Below, one piece after another: positions 51,160 to 63,445 of a stretch of 64,000 nt of DNA; the first letter of the stretch is position 1; each line of letters opens with the position of its first letter. This DNA is from Vicugna vicugna (taxonomy: Eukaryota): NCBI GenBank assembly GCA_013265495.1, contig MU058198.1, positions 4,789,779-4,853,778 of the forward strand, written 5' to 3'. The notes below the pieces were generated by a model, which was given only the letters and a program-made list of their open reading frames with translations, did not search any database and had not been told where the DNA came from. The position numbers and the translations under genes were made by a program.

Positions 51160-52125
51160 TTTTGATTAATTCATTTGCCTGTTTATCCATTCTAACTTAT
51201 TTATTGTCATTTTATGCATGATAGACTTTTTAAAAGCAATTCCAGATTCATGGCAAAATCGAGAAGGTACAGAGATTTCCCATATTCCCCACAAATGCAC
51301 TGCCTCCCTTATCATTAACATCTCCCCACCAGAAATGGTACATTTGTTACAGCTGCTGAACCTGCATTGGTAGATCATTATCAAAGTCCACAGTAAACAT
51401 TAGCTTTCACTTGTGCTGTGGTATATTCTATGCAGTTGGACAAATTTCTAATGACATACATCAAACATTACAATATTACACAAAGCAGTTTCACTGCCCC
51501 CCCCCAAATCCTCTGCATGCTGCCTTCTTATCCCTCCCTTCCTCCCCCTTGGCAACCACTTTTTTATTGTTTTCATAGTTTTGCCTTTTCCAGCAGGTTG
51601 TACAGTATGTAGCCTTTTCAGATTGTCTTCATTGACTGAATAATACACACTTCAAGTCCTTCCATGTCTTTTCATGGCTTGGCAGCACATTTCTTTTTAG
51701 CGCTGAATAATACTGCATTGTCTGGGTGGACCACAGGTGATTCATCCATTCACCTCCTGAAGGACATCTTGGTTGCCTCCAAGTTTTGGCAGTTATGAGC
51801 GAAGCTGCTCTAAACACCTGTGTGCAGGGTTTTGTGTGGACATAACGTTTTCAACTCCATTGGGTAAATAAATACCAAGGTGCATAATTGCTGGATTCTA
51901 TGGTAAGAATGTGTTTAGTTTGTGAGAAGCTGCCAGACCGTCTTCCAGAGGGGCTGTACCACTTTGCGTTCCCACCAGCAGTGAATGAAAGTTTTCCTTG
52001 CTCCACATCCACGCCAGCATTTGGTGTTGTCAGTGTTCTGGATTTTGCCCATCCTAATAGGTGTGTAGTGGTTTCTCATTGTTCTGATTTGCATTTCCCT
52101 GATGACATATGATGTGGAGCATTGT
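51160..52125 (-). mobile_element. L1MC-type 3' end
   Basis: gaaggtacagagatttccc...ggtacatttgttaca; ORF 51629-51817 TAKTWRQPRCPSGGEW is an ORF2 C-terminal remnant. Confidence 0.9.
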
Positions 52126-53957
52126 AATTTTTTTTTTTTGTAATTTATATTTATGCCTACCTATTACATTCCGGTCATGTGTTATGGGATTCCTATCTCC
52201 ATTCCTTTTCCTTTCCTCTGGTGCCCAATTTAGCGGGAATCTCACGCTCCTCATCCTTTCTTCCTGGACACGAGGACCGAGACTGAGAGCAGCTGGGGGC
52301 TGAGGAGGAGCAAAACTACTGGAAGTTGACGACTGAACCTGTCTTGTTCACTGTTGAGTTCCCAGCCCTTATTCCACTGTGTGGAACATTGAAGAATCAC
52401 AATACATGTTTAATATATATGTTTCCCAGTTGGAATGTTGAAAGGAAGGTTACGTTTGTTCTCCAGAGAGATGTCTAAGGGACACTTGGTTTCTGCACGC
52501 TCGCTCTCTGCTGCCTCTCTCCTGAGCCCCTGGAATAACTTGCTGCCTTTCCAGGATGTCACAAAAAGATGGGCACCCAGGGTGGGAGAGGATGGAGAAG
52601 TTCCTCCTTGGGGACACCCTTCACCCATTTCCTCCAGTTCTCTCCACTGCAAAGGGGAGAGTGGAGTAGGCAATTCTGAACAGAGCAGGTCCTTCCTGCC
52701 TCTTTCTCCCCACCTTTCAAGTGTCTTTGCTCTATTCTATCATTCTAGTCCTATACCGGTATTGATCACATCATGAAGCTTCTTTTTAGTTATTTCTAAT
52801 TGGTTACAGATGTTCATCACGGTCCCTGCCTAATGGATTGTATCTGCTGTCCATCCCTGTGCTCAAATTGCCATTCCTTGCCTTGGAGATTTAACCCATT
52901 GTCAGGAGTCTTTGACGGCACCCAGGCTCATCTCGTATGTTGTCGTTGGGCCAAGCCCACTTCTCTCAGAGCCCTTCTTTCCAGGATCTTTAAGAGGGTC
53001 TAGACTCTTCATTGGGCGTCTGGCTTTCCTCTCTTACCTGAACTTCAAAATGGGTCATCCATTCGCTCATGCTCCATCCCCTACGTGGGTATAACGGCCT
53101 CCTTGGCCGGGAGCCCTGCGCCCATCTGTACAGCTTCTTGTAAGACGTATGGAGGCAGGTGAAATGGATGACTTGGATGCTAAGACTCACCTGCCAGCCT
53201 CCAAAGAGTTACAGCCAAAGAGGAAGAGGGGCCTTCAGTGTAAACGAAGGTGCCCAGAAAGGTCAGCAAGGCTCAGAGACGACGCTTAGGAACAGGAAAC
53301 AAGAGGCTAAATAAGGTCGTAAGGCCCCTCAGGTGCTGAGCGGATGATCAGAGCACCGTTAATTACACGATTCACTGAAGATGACAACAGCTGGCATTTG
53401 GGAAGAGCCTGCCTCGGACGGGGCACTGTGTGAAGCACTTTGCGTGGATTATCTAATTTAATCTTCCCAATCGCCCTCTCATTTATCCATTGAACAGCTT
53501 CTGCCATGTTCTAGGCAAAGTGCGAGGTGCTGGGAGGCTCAGCAGAGCGAGGAAACAGAGGCCCTTGTTTTTGTAAGTTACAATCTTAATTATACAAATG
53601 GGTATTAATGAACTAACCATGTAGACATTGAGGACAGGTGCTGGGAGGAGGGAGGGCTAGGGTCTTGCCTGATTTGACAGCAGGAGCCATATATACTTAT
53701 CACAGGCCTCTCAGGGAGGTTGGGGTGTGACTCAGCTGAGATCTGAAGGCAGGGGTTGGGTGGCTGAAGAGGGGAGGGAGGGCAAGACTTCCCTCCCTTT
53801 TAGCAGAGGGAACAGCTGTGGAGCACGAGAGTGAGCAGTATGAGGGACTGAAACCTTGGGAACTAGGAGCTGAGAGAACTGAGGCTGAGATCCAGGAGTC
53901 TGTCTAAGGTGACATAGTAAAGGACAGAGACATGACTTGAGCTCCATTCTGGACAGC

Positions 53958-54363
53958 TGTTTTTGTCTGCTTAGACTGCCCTAACAAAACATCACCCACG
54001 GGGGTGGGGGATGGGGCTTAAACAAGAGAAATACATTTTCTCACCACACTGGAGGTTGGAAGTCCAAGATCAAAGTGCCGACAGGACTGGTTTCCTCTGA
54101 GGTCTCTCTCACCCGGCTTGCAGACGGCCGCCTTCTTGCTGTGTCCTCACTTGGCTGTCCCTTGGTCTGCGTGTGCGTGTCTGTGTGTCTCTGTGTCCTG
54201 ATCTTATGGACGTCAGTCATACTGGACGAGGACCCACCCCAATGACCCCATTCGTTAGTTCTTTGAAGTCCCTATATCCCAATACAGTTCTATTCTGATC
54301 ATTGGTGGCTAGGGCTTCAACACGTGAATTTTTTGCAGGGGGCACACAGTTCAGCCCATGGCA
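53958..54363 (-). mobile_element. MaLR LTR MLT1B-like
   Basis: ggaagtccaagatcaaagtgccg...ttcaacacgtgaattttt...cacagttcagcccatggca. Confidence 0.88.
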
Positions 54364-54737
54364 GTGACCCTCCCCAAAGACAGGGCTTAGGATGGTCCAA
54401 GGAAGCAGGCTGTAGGGGTGGGGTTGGGTCAGAGACAAGGTGGAAGCACTGCAGAACCTCCCTGATGTGAGGTTTCGAACAGGTGTGTAAGTGGAGAAAG
54501 CCGGGCTGGACAGGGCACGGGGAGTTGTGGCTTTCCAGGGTGGTCGGAGGCACGCAGAGTGGTCTCCAGACCGGACACCAGAGTCAGAGCCGGGAGGAGG
54601 CCTGGTGAGGCTCGGGCCCTGGGGAAACCAGGGCCTGGTCAGGATCTGTCCGGTGGATTTCCTGCCGCGTGTTTTGCTCAGCAGGTGCTCACCGGGCATC
54701 ATTCCACAGGCGCCATCTGACTCAGATGGCCCTGCAC

Positions 54738-54935
54738 CCGCCCTGTTCAGCATGTCCTTCTGTGATGACGGGGATGTTCTCTGTGCCGTGCCCTCTGAAA
54801 TGGTGGCCACGGATCACATGTGGCTCTTGAGCCTGTGACTGAGAGCTGACTTTTAATTTAACTTCATTTTAGTGAACTTACATTTTAATTTTAAAGCCAC
54901 AGATGGCTAGTGGCTACCATATTGGGTAACTCATT
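54738..54935. mobile_element. MER3 hAT MITE
   Basis: ttctgtgatgacgggatgttct...cacatgtggctcttgagc...agccacagatggctagtggctaccatattgg. Confidence 0.82.
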
Positions 54936-55169
54936 CCTAGTCTGTGCCGCCCTTGATCTAAACTGATTGGTGTCTCGGCCAGAAAGGATTCAGGGCAGCT
55001 CCACGAACCAGGGCTGGGGTGAGTCCCATGGAGAGTGGCCTGTGTTGGATGGAGCAGTTTGTCCTCACCTGCTTGACATGGAGACTGAGCTGAGATGCTG
55101 AAGGGAACCAGCCCCCTCCAATATCCTCAAGAAAAGGCAGAGTTTACTTATTTATTCAATAAATATTTC

Positions 55170-56380
55170 TTTTTTTAATTGAACATTTTTTAATTGAAGT
55201 ATAGTCAGTTTCCAATGTTGTGTCAATTTCTGGTGTACAACGTAATGTTTCCGTCATCTGTAAACGTACATATGTTCATTTTCTTATTCTTTTTCATTAT
55301 AGGTTATTACAAAATATTGAATAGAGTTCTCTGTACTATATAGAAGAAACTTGTTTATTTGTGTTATAGACAGTAGTTAGTATCTGCAAATCTCAAACTC
55401 CCAGTTTATCCCTTTCCACCACTTATCCCCTCTGTTAACCATAAATTTGTTTACGATGTCTACGAGTCTGTTTCTGTTTTGTAAGTTCATTTGTGTCTTT
55501 TTTAGATTCCACATAAAAGTGAGATCATATGGTATTTTTCTTTCTCTTTCTGGCTTACTTCACTTAGAATGATGATCTCCTGGTCCTTCCATGTTACTGC
55601 ATATGGCATTATTTTATTCTTTTTTATGGCTGAGTAGTATGCCATTGTATAAATACACCACAACTTCTTTTTTTTAACATTTTTTATTGATTTATAATCA
55701 TTTTACAGTGTTGTGTCAAATTCCAGTGTTCAGCACAATTTTTCAGTCATTCATGGACATATACACACTCATTGTCACATTTTTTTCTCTGTGATTTATC
55801 GTAACATTTTGTGTATATTTCCCTGTGCTATACAGTGTAATCTTGTTTATCTATTCTACAGTTTTGAAATCCCAGTCTATCCCTTCCCACCCTCTACCCC
55901 CCTGGTAACCACAAGTCTGTATTCTCTGTCCATGAGTCTATTTCTGTCCTGTATTTATGCTTTGTTTTTGTTTGTTTGTTTTTGTTTTTTAGATTCCACA
56001 TATGAGCGATCTCATATGGTATTTTTCTTTCTCTTTCTGGCTTACTTCACTTAGAATGACATTCTCCAGGAGCATCCATGTTGCTGCAAATGGCGTTATG
56101 TTGTCGGTTTTTATGGCTGAGTAGTATTCCATTGTATAAATATACCACATCTTCTTTATCCAGTCACCTGTTGATGGACATTTAGGCTGTTTCCATGTTT
56201 TGGCTATTGTAAATAGTGCTGCTATGAACATTGGAGTGCAGGTGTCATCCTGAAGTAGATTTCCTTCTGGATACAAGCCCAGGAGTGGGATTCCTGGGTC
56301 ATATGGTAAGTCTATTCCTAGTCTTTTGAGGAATCTCCACACTGTTTTCCATAGTGGCTGCACACAACTTCTTTATCCAG
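55170..56380 (-). mobile_element. Older L1 3' end (host of a nested younger L1)
   Basis: TSD taaatatttc at 55160-55169 and 56381-56390; inserted in an L2 tail. Confidence 0.9.
55671..56362 (-). mobile_element. Young 5'-truncated L1 with intact ORF2 C-terminus
   Basis: Uninterrupted 124-aa frame [22 protein letters not shown]...YHMRSLICGI; perfect TSD cacaacttcttt (55659-55670 / 56363-56374). Confidence 0.97.
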
Positions 56381-56469
56381 TAAATATTTCCTAGGTGCCT
56401 ACTCTGTGCCTCTTTTCCAGCATCACTGCTGTGCTCCACTGGCAGAATCCTTCCTACCTGATTCTACCA

Positions 56470-56690
56470 TTTACTGAGTGGTTGCCATGTGCTAGCTACG
56501 TACACTTTATATGTATTAATTTAATCCTTGCAGCAATCCTTGGAGGTAGCTATTATTGTTCTGATTTTATAGCCAAGGAAAGTTGAGTCCCGAAAGGTTG
56601 AGTTGAGTGCCTTGCCCAGGTAGTTGGAAGAGGCAGGATTTGAACTCAGGTCGGACTGACTTCAGAGTCCATACTCATAACCACTGCTCT
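56470..56690 (-). mobile_element. MIR SINE
   Basis: catttactgagtgg...tttaatccttgcagcaatcc...ggatttgaactcagg. Confidence 0.85.
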
Positions 56691-57439
56691 TCCTGAAGAT
56701 CCCATTGGAGAGAGAGTGCAGGTGAGGGGCGTGGCCCGGGGAAGTTCCACGAAGAGCAAAGGAAGGAGCACGTCTGGTTGGCTTTAGAGACGCTGTCGCT
56801 CGCAAGACCAGCTCCTGTCAGGAGGATGCTGTGGGCAGAATATCCATGGGCGTTGCCGAGGCACGGAACTCGAGCGAAGTGTGGGAGAAAGCAGACTGTG
56901 AAAATGCCGAACCAGAAGGGGCGAGGCATCCAGACCCAGTGAAGGACTCGAGTCTTGTAGGGTCGTGAAAGGCGTGTTGGAGACAGGAACAGACACCCAG
57001 TGCCCGGGAGGCAGAGAGGATGCGTGGAAGTTGAAGAGCTGATCTCATCCACCTGCTTCTGATCACCGCCCACAGCCTTGCCCCTCTGCGGTCTCAGAGC
57101 AGCAGCGAGCTCGGGTACCAGGCGGCCTGAGGAGACGGCTGCTCCGACAGCAGTTACAGTAGGAAACTCCAGGTTTATAGGAGAAACATGCCTGTGGGGG
57201 GCACGGCAACCCCTTTTGACTTCCGAGGCTGTTTGCTTTCTGCTCATCTGCTCCTCTGGGCTGGGAGGCAGCCCAGACAGTGGGAAATGCCACCTGAGGG
57301 CCACTTCCCAAGCCTCCTCCCAGCAGGCTTCAGCCAGACTTTGAGAATGGGCTTGGCGAAGGTAATCCCAGCTAAAGCCCTTGGGGGTGTCCAGAGAGAC
57401 ATTTTTCTGCCACCTCTGGGCAGACGTTTGCATGTCGGA

Positions 57440-58240
57440 TGATTGATGCATTTACCAAATAGTTACCGTGCACCAGGCACTGTGGTGGGTGCTGGGACGT
57501 GAGCAGAGACAGGACGGACACGGTCTAGGTCAAGTATTGGAAGGATGAGGAGTTAGCCAGATGAGGGCGTGTGGCGGGGGGAGGGGCATGGGGTATTGGG
57601 GCACAGGGAAGGGATGTGTTCAGAGCTCTGACAGGTGCCTTCAGGAGTCAGAAAGAAATTTATTGTGCCTGGATCTTAAAAGCCAGCAGGGAGGGGCTGG
57701 AAGTGTGGCTGCAGAGTGATGCGTAAGATCAGACAGTGAAGGGCTTCCTAAGCCCCGGGATGTAAGCAGATGGTGTTTTATGTTGAAGGCAGTGGCGAGC
57801 CACTGAAGATTTCTAAGCAAGGGAGTGACGTTCAGACTTGAATGTTTAGGAACGTCGCTTTAGCTGGTGGGATTGGAGATGGATGAGGGAGGCCAATAAA
57901 GGATTCAGGAAGAGCAGTTAGAAGATGACTAGTACAGGCAATGGCCTGGATTGCATCTTGGAGGCAGAAGCAGAAGCAAGGATGGAAAGAAGTGGATGAA
58001 GTCAGGAAGTAGGCAGATTCTAGAGGACTCGTGAAGGAGAGTGCAGATTCCAGGCTGACTGCTGGCTCAGGCGTCTGGGTGGAAGTGGTCCCAGGCAGGG
58101 ATGCAGGGAACACAGAAGGATGAGCAGGTGTGTTGGGGAAGATGATGAATTCTGTTGGGGATGTGTTGGGACATTGAAAGGAGGTGCCCACAGGCAATCA
58201 GACCCCGGGTCCAGCCATTGATCTGGACTGGAGATGCTTT
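57440..58240 (-). mobile_element. L2 fragment
   Basis: gcaccaggcactgtgg...gagccactgaagatttctaagcaagggagtgac...gatgatgaattctg. Confidence 0.75.
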
Positions 58241-59663
58241 GCATCTTTGTAAGAGGAGGGGAGGGTGAGAAAGGGCACAGTCATCAAAGTCTTTTCCTCT
58301 AATATCTGTAATACAGCCCCATTTTACAGGTGAGAAAACAGGCACAGAAAGGCTAAGGATCATACATGGCTTTGTATCCAAGCTGAGATTTGAACCACAC
58401 TCTTTGTGTGTATATGTGTGGTGTGTGTTTTCCCCAAGAGGCAGTCTTGTCATCACTCTTCCCTGTGCCAGCCAATGTTTGACAATACCACAGTCGCCTC
58501 TGCCAACTTGGCGCATATCCCTGGCTTACTTCTATGGGACATCCAGCATTGACTGCCCCCTAGACGAGGGATGGCACGTTGGTACCGGAACTTGGGGCTC
58601 CAACTAGTGCTAGCTGGATGGCTCGGAAAATGCAGGGAGAATCTTGTCACCATGAGTGGTGAATGCTCGATTTAGAAGGGGCTTTTTTGCACCCTGCCAT
58701 ATGGGCAGCTACCATGGCCATGAACGTGGATCTCGGTGAAATCACTCTTTGACTGAAGAACAAGAGATCAGAAAACCAGCCCGCTCAGTGCTGTGTGTGC
58801 GTGAACTTGGCACGGAATTATCTGAGGTAAGAGTCGCCTTGCGAAAAGCCACCTTCTGACCCTGTCAGCTCTCTCCTTTACCTGGAAAGAAAGCTCCGAC
58901 ATGAAAGAGGAGAAACCGCTTAAGGGGGAGAGATGGAACCAGGGGTGGGGGGTGATTGGTGGCACAGCCGTGCGTGCGATGCACTTGGCTGGAGTGTGGC
59001 AGGGTGGGGACCGTGTCAAGCACTCTATGAAATAGCACAGAGCAAGGCCACAGCCATCGGGCTTCCACGGGCCATACCCTTATTAAAAGTTATGTTTTGA
59101 ACCTTAGAAGCAGACTGTGTGTGTGTGAGTGTATGAGTGTGTGTGTGTGCGTGCGAAAAGGAAATGAATCCTGGCATGAAATGCTGCTCCACTGAATTTA
59201 TTCTGAGAGATGCTTCTGTTCAGTGGGCCACGGCGCCATGAAAATCCAGAAATCCCGCCGAGAAGGCATTTCTAAGGGATTCGGGTTGTCAAGACCCAAT
59301 CGTGAGGTGCTGGTTGCCCTTGACGTGGTTAGATTTGAGCCGGGATTGAAAATGTGGGTTCCCCGAGTGCCCCTGAAATAAGGGCCAAGTCAGATGAAGT
59401 TCAGAGCTGGGAATGGAGCACATGGGCCAGATACTAAGAGCCAGACCAGAGGGGGCTGTCATTGCTTTGACCAGGGAGACTCAGTGGGTGTTGATCCTGC
59501 CCTTCTGCCAGTAGGACTCAAGACTGGAGCACATCTTCCACGAATGGCTACGATGATCTTCAAGTCCCTTTTAGGCCCCGTGTGGGCTCTTGGCTTCTCT
59601 GTATCTCAGTGAATTTGGTTCGACTGGTCCAGAATGAACACCCTCGTTGGCTTCACTGGGTAC

Positions 59664-59682
59664 CACTGCCCCCTGGTGGGCA
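59664..59682 (-). promoter_or_regulatory. Candidate CTCF site
   Basis: Minus strand reads TGCCCACCAGGGGGCAGTG, a near-consensus core. Confidence 0.75.
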
Positions 59683-62477
59683 GAACCCTCTATAGCAAGC
59701 CTCAGGGTAGTCGTTGGCCAACACGCATGTATCTTCTTTGAGTCAGGCGCCCCGCTCTAGTCCTATCAGTGGCCAAGTCAGACAAAGTATGTTACTTTGT
59801 TGAGTACACCGTGCTGGGAGGGGCAGTTGGGTGTGGCTGAACCAGGACTTGCCCAGGGCACACTCTTGTCGTGGGCAAAGGCTTGGCTCAGAGTCACCAG
59901 ACTGGTTAATGGATTGGTGTGTTAATGGCTGCTGTGGTTGGAGAGTGGGACCAGGAAGAGCACATGCGTTGAGTGGCAAGTCAGGAATCCCTGAATGATG
60001 CAGAGACCCTCCCACGCTTATCTAGTCTACTCCGTCAGCGATGTGGGAATTTCTCTGGACTTGGGTCAAAGGGCAAGGCTCAAAAATAGAACCTTGGGTC
60101 AAAGGGCACCACCACTTAATAGCTGTGTGGTCTTGGGAAGCCCAATTAACCCCTCTGAGCCTCTGTCTCTAGTACCAGTGAGCTGGATGAATAACAGTGG
60201 CCGCCCCCCACGGTTAGGAGGATCATGTGAGATGTGCCGGCCTCACTCCTGGTACCCAGGAGCCACGTAACAATGTTAGTCTCCCTAGAGCGAAATATAA
60301 GTGACCTTTTCAGTGAACAGTAAATCGTAGAAGGAGTGTGTCCTCCCAGGGGCACGCGAGTGGGACGTAACTGGTGTAAAGGTTTTTAGTTACCGTAGCC
60401 AAAAGAGCTTGGCGGGCTGTGGCCAAACTTTGGGTCGGTATCCAGAGAGGAGAGACATCCATGGGCGTAGTGGTGATAGTTCTGTCTCTTTGTCTTTCCT
60501 GCTCACTCGTTTCATTATTTTATTTTGTCTATCTCTGTACATATCAGTTTTTAATTGAGAAATATTTACTGAATGCCTGCTACATGCCCTGACTTCACAG
60601 AGCTTACCTTTGGGGCGTTAAGGTGATATAAAAGCTGATACGTGAAAGCCAGCGCATGGCAGCTAGTGACAGTCTCATGAGATTCCTCGTGCACGGCCTG
60701 ATTTACCCTCGCTGCCTCTCTGTGAAGTGGGTCTTACCCGTTTTAAAGATGAGGAAGGAAGGCTCTGGGAGAGGCATTGATTTCAGCAGGCGGCCACAGC
60801 CAGTCTGGGGCCGAGAGCCTCCTGACTCCAAATCCTGCATCTTTTGGACTTCGTCATAGTTGAACTTTCCGGGGGAAGGAAGAAATATGGACTGCCAGAA
60901 AAAAGGAGAAAGTTTTCAAAACAACAGTTTGTAAATCAACCTGCAGAAGTTCTGTGAATGGCAAAGGGGGAAAAAATAGCTCGCTCAGTTACTTTTATTT
61001 TCACGACTGGTTTTAAATTCCCATAGCACACCTTCTCTGAGTGGCTGAGGGTACTTCAGCTTCTTGTTGATGCCAGGTAACTATTTATCCTTACGGATAA
61101 TGCAATGTCACTGTTATCTGCGCGGCTTCACTCTGGAGTTTGGCACCAGCCCAGCGTTCTTGACGATTCTCTTCCTTTCTTGTTGGATTAGTCCCGGAGC
61201 CGCAAGGCTGATGTCAAAAATGAGTGAAGGGGGCCTGGTGCGAATGCTGGTGGTCCTGGAAGTGAACATACCTGCATCCAGGGGGCGCCACCACTCAACT
61301 CCATCCCATTCCCGTGGTGGGGTTGGGGGCGGCGTTGAGGGTGCTCAATATTGCCAGCACTTCTCCTTTAAGAGATAACACATATCAGATGTCTTTGCGT
61401 AATATCTTGAATTTAAATTTTAGTTCAGTTTTAACAAAAGGAACCAAAACCCACCATGTGGGCCAAATCAAACACGCCTGCGGGCCAGGCCATTTGGGTC
61501 ATAGGCTGAGAGTTTTCAGTCTCCGGATTCCAAGATGCTGGTGATGGAACAGTGATGGCTGCTTTCCTCGAAGCACCTCCTCTGTGCCCGAGAACTAAGC
61601 AATGCCTGGCCTGTTGCAGATGCTCCATAAACACTTCTCGGTGAAAACGGGCACTCAGAGAGGTTAAGTCACACACCCAGGGTTGCACAGCTGGTATGTG
61701 ACGAAGCTCCCGCTCAGACTCATGTTGGCTGGTTCTTCTTGGTTCCTTATGGCGTCCGGGCAGATTTGTTCCTCCGCCGTGTGCTGTGTCCCCGGCGCTG
61801 TACTTTGCAGTGGGTACAGAAAGAATCAGGATCTGTGTCGTTGTGGAGATCAGACATTTAACGCTTAAAGGCCAACCTTTCCATTTCCTAGGGGAGGAAG
61901 CAGAGGCCCAGGAGATGACGGGACCAGACCCGTGTCACATGGGGTTGCGGGAGAGGGTGGGGCGGGATGGAGAACTAGGTTTTTGAAGCCTGTGCTTTTT
62001 CTAATACCCCGACCTTGTGGCTTTCCTGTCTTTTCCCACCCACGCACGTCTAAGTCAACATGATTGCAATCATACAGCGTAAATATTTTTTCCTGGATCA
62101 TACTCTTCCAGTGTCTTTTTTTTTTTTTTTTAATTGTCACAGCGCTGCTATTTGCTGGGAAGGTTAGTGTGTCTCCTGGGGAATCAGACTGATCCAGAGG
62201 CCCTAGGAGGCAGCTCTGATGCCTCTCTCCCTGTTTCATTTGTTTCTTGAACAAACACAGTGATTAGAAGACCAACTCCTGGGTGCTAGGAATTCAGGAC
62301 AGGGGATCCCACTGGGTGTGAGCAGGCCAGGAGCTGCAAAGCCAGAATGTTGCTTGAGGAAGGAGGATGTAGGTTTTGCAGACCAAATGTGGGGTGGAAC
62401 AGGGCCACTGGCCCTGTGAGTGAGCTCCCAACGGAAGCTGTATGGCCTGAACGACTTCCTGTTTCTCCTGTTGTTAT

Positions 62478-62742
62478 GGTTGTGGGGTGGGAAGGGATAA
62501 ATTGGGAGTTGGAGATTTGCAGATACTAACGACTATATATAAAAATAGGTAAACAGTAAGTATCTACTGTATATAAGACAGGGAACTCTATTCAATCTCG
62601 TAGTAACCTATAATGAAAAAGAATATGAAGAGGAACATATGTATATGTATATGTGTGACTGAAACATTGTGCTGGACACCAGGAATTGACACAACATTGT
62701 AAACTGACTATAACTCAGTTAAAAAATGAATTACAAAAAAAA
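62478..62742 (+). mobile_element. L1 3' UTR end
   Basis: gggataaattgggagttggagatttgcagatac...acacaacattgtaaactgactataactca + A tail. Confidence 0.9.
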
Positions 62743-62779
62743 GTTGGCCTAGAAGGGCCACCCAGGTCCTGCTGTTCTC

Positions 62780-63130
62780 AGTGGAGAGAAGGAGTGGGTT
62801 TGCATCAAAGATCAGATTTGATTTGTTTACCTCAGAGGGTTTTAAGACTATTTTGAATCCATGGCTAATATTTTAAACTTGGGAGAGTTCACATAAAAAT
62901 CTGGGTTTCTGGCCTCTTGAAAAAATAAAGAGCCAACAGTGGAACAGTACTTGGTCCACATTCTTACCCAGTCGCAGTCCCCTGGTGTTGAGTGGTGGCA
63001 GTTCCTTGAGACAGTTAGGTGTTCTTTATTTTGCCACAGTCCCCACTATCCCCTATTGTTGATTTCTGGCTCACTTTATTTACTGATGTGATCTTTCTGG
63101 CTCCTCCAGGCTTTTGAATTTGTGGTCTCA
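62780..63130 (+). mobile_element. MER102-like hAT-Charlie element
   Basis: tcacataaaaatctgggtttctggc...ttgccacagtccccactatcccctattg; related to 48730-49235. Confidence 0.7.
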
Positions 63131-63410
63131 GGTTCAAATCTATGTTGGGTCGGAACACAGAAAGGGCATTCCTTCTCACCCGGTGTCAGCATGGGTTGGC
63201 AGCAAGACTCAATCTCCCCCCAAGCAGGAGGTAACTCCCAGGAGCAAAGTGAGTCCTGCTGGGATCTCCCCATGTCAAGACTCATTTCCTTTTCACCTGC
63301 ATCTGGTGTAAGGTCTCTGTGTGTGTGCGTGTGTCTGTGAATGGGTGTGAGTGTGTGTACACCCCTGCCTCTTCTCTGTGTGTGCACATGCGGGTTTGAT
63401 CCTTTTCATG

Positions 63411-63445
63411 TCTGTTTCAGTCTGTTTCAGTCTGTTTCAGTCTGT
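63411..63445. repeat. 10-bp tandem repeat (tctgtttcag) x3.5
   Basis: Directly visible. Confidence 0.92.

Noticed and set aside
54217..54810. 197-aa ORF
   Set aside because: Runs through MER3 and MLT1B; no protein similarity
55989..56363. 124-aa ORF as a host CDS
   Set aside because: It is the ORF2 C-terminus of a 5'-truncated L1
56675..57451. Longest ORF (258 aa, minus strand)
   Set aside because: No recognisable domain, composition typical of a chance ORF in GC-richer DNA, and its ends abut MIR/L2 repeats
58551..61290. Weaker CTCF-like motifs at ~58552-58568 (minus) and ~61275-61290 (plus)
   Set aside because: Each lacks the highly conserved CC at the start of the core
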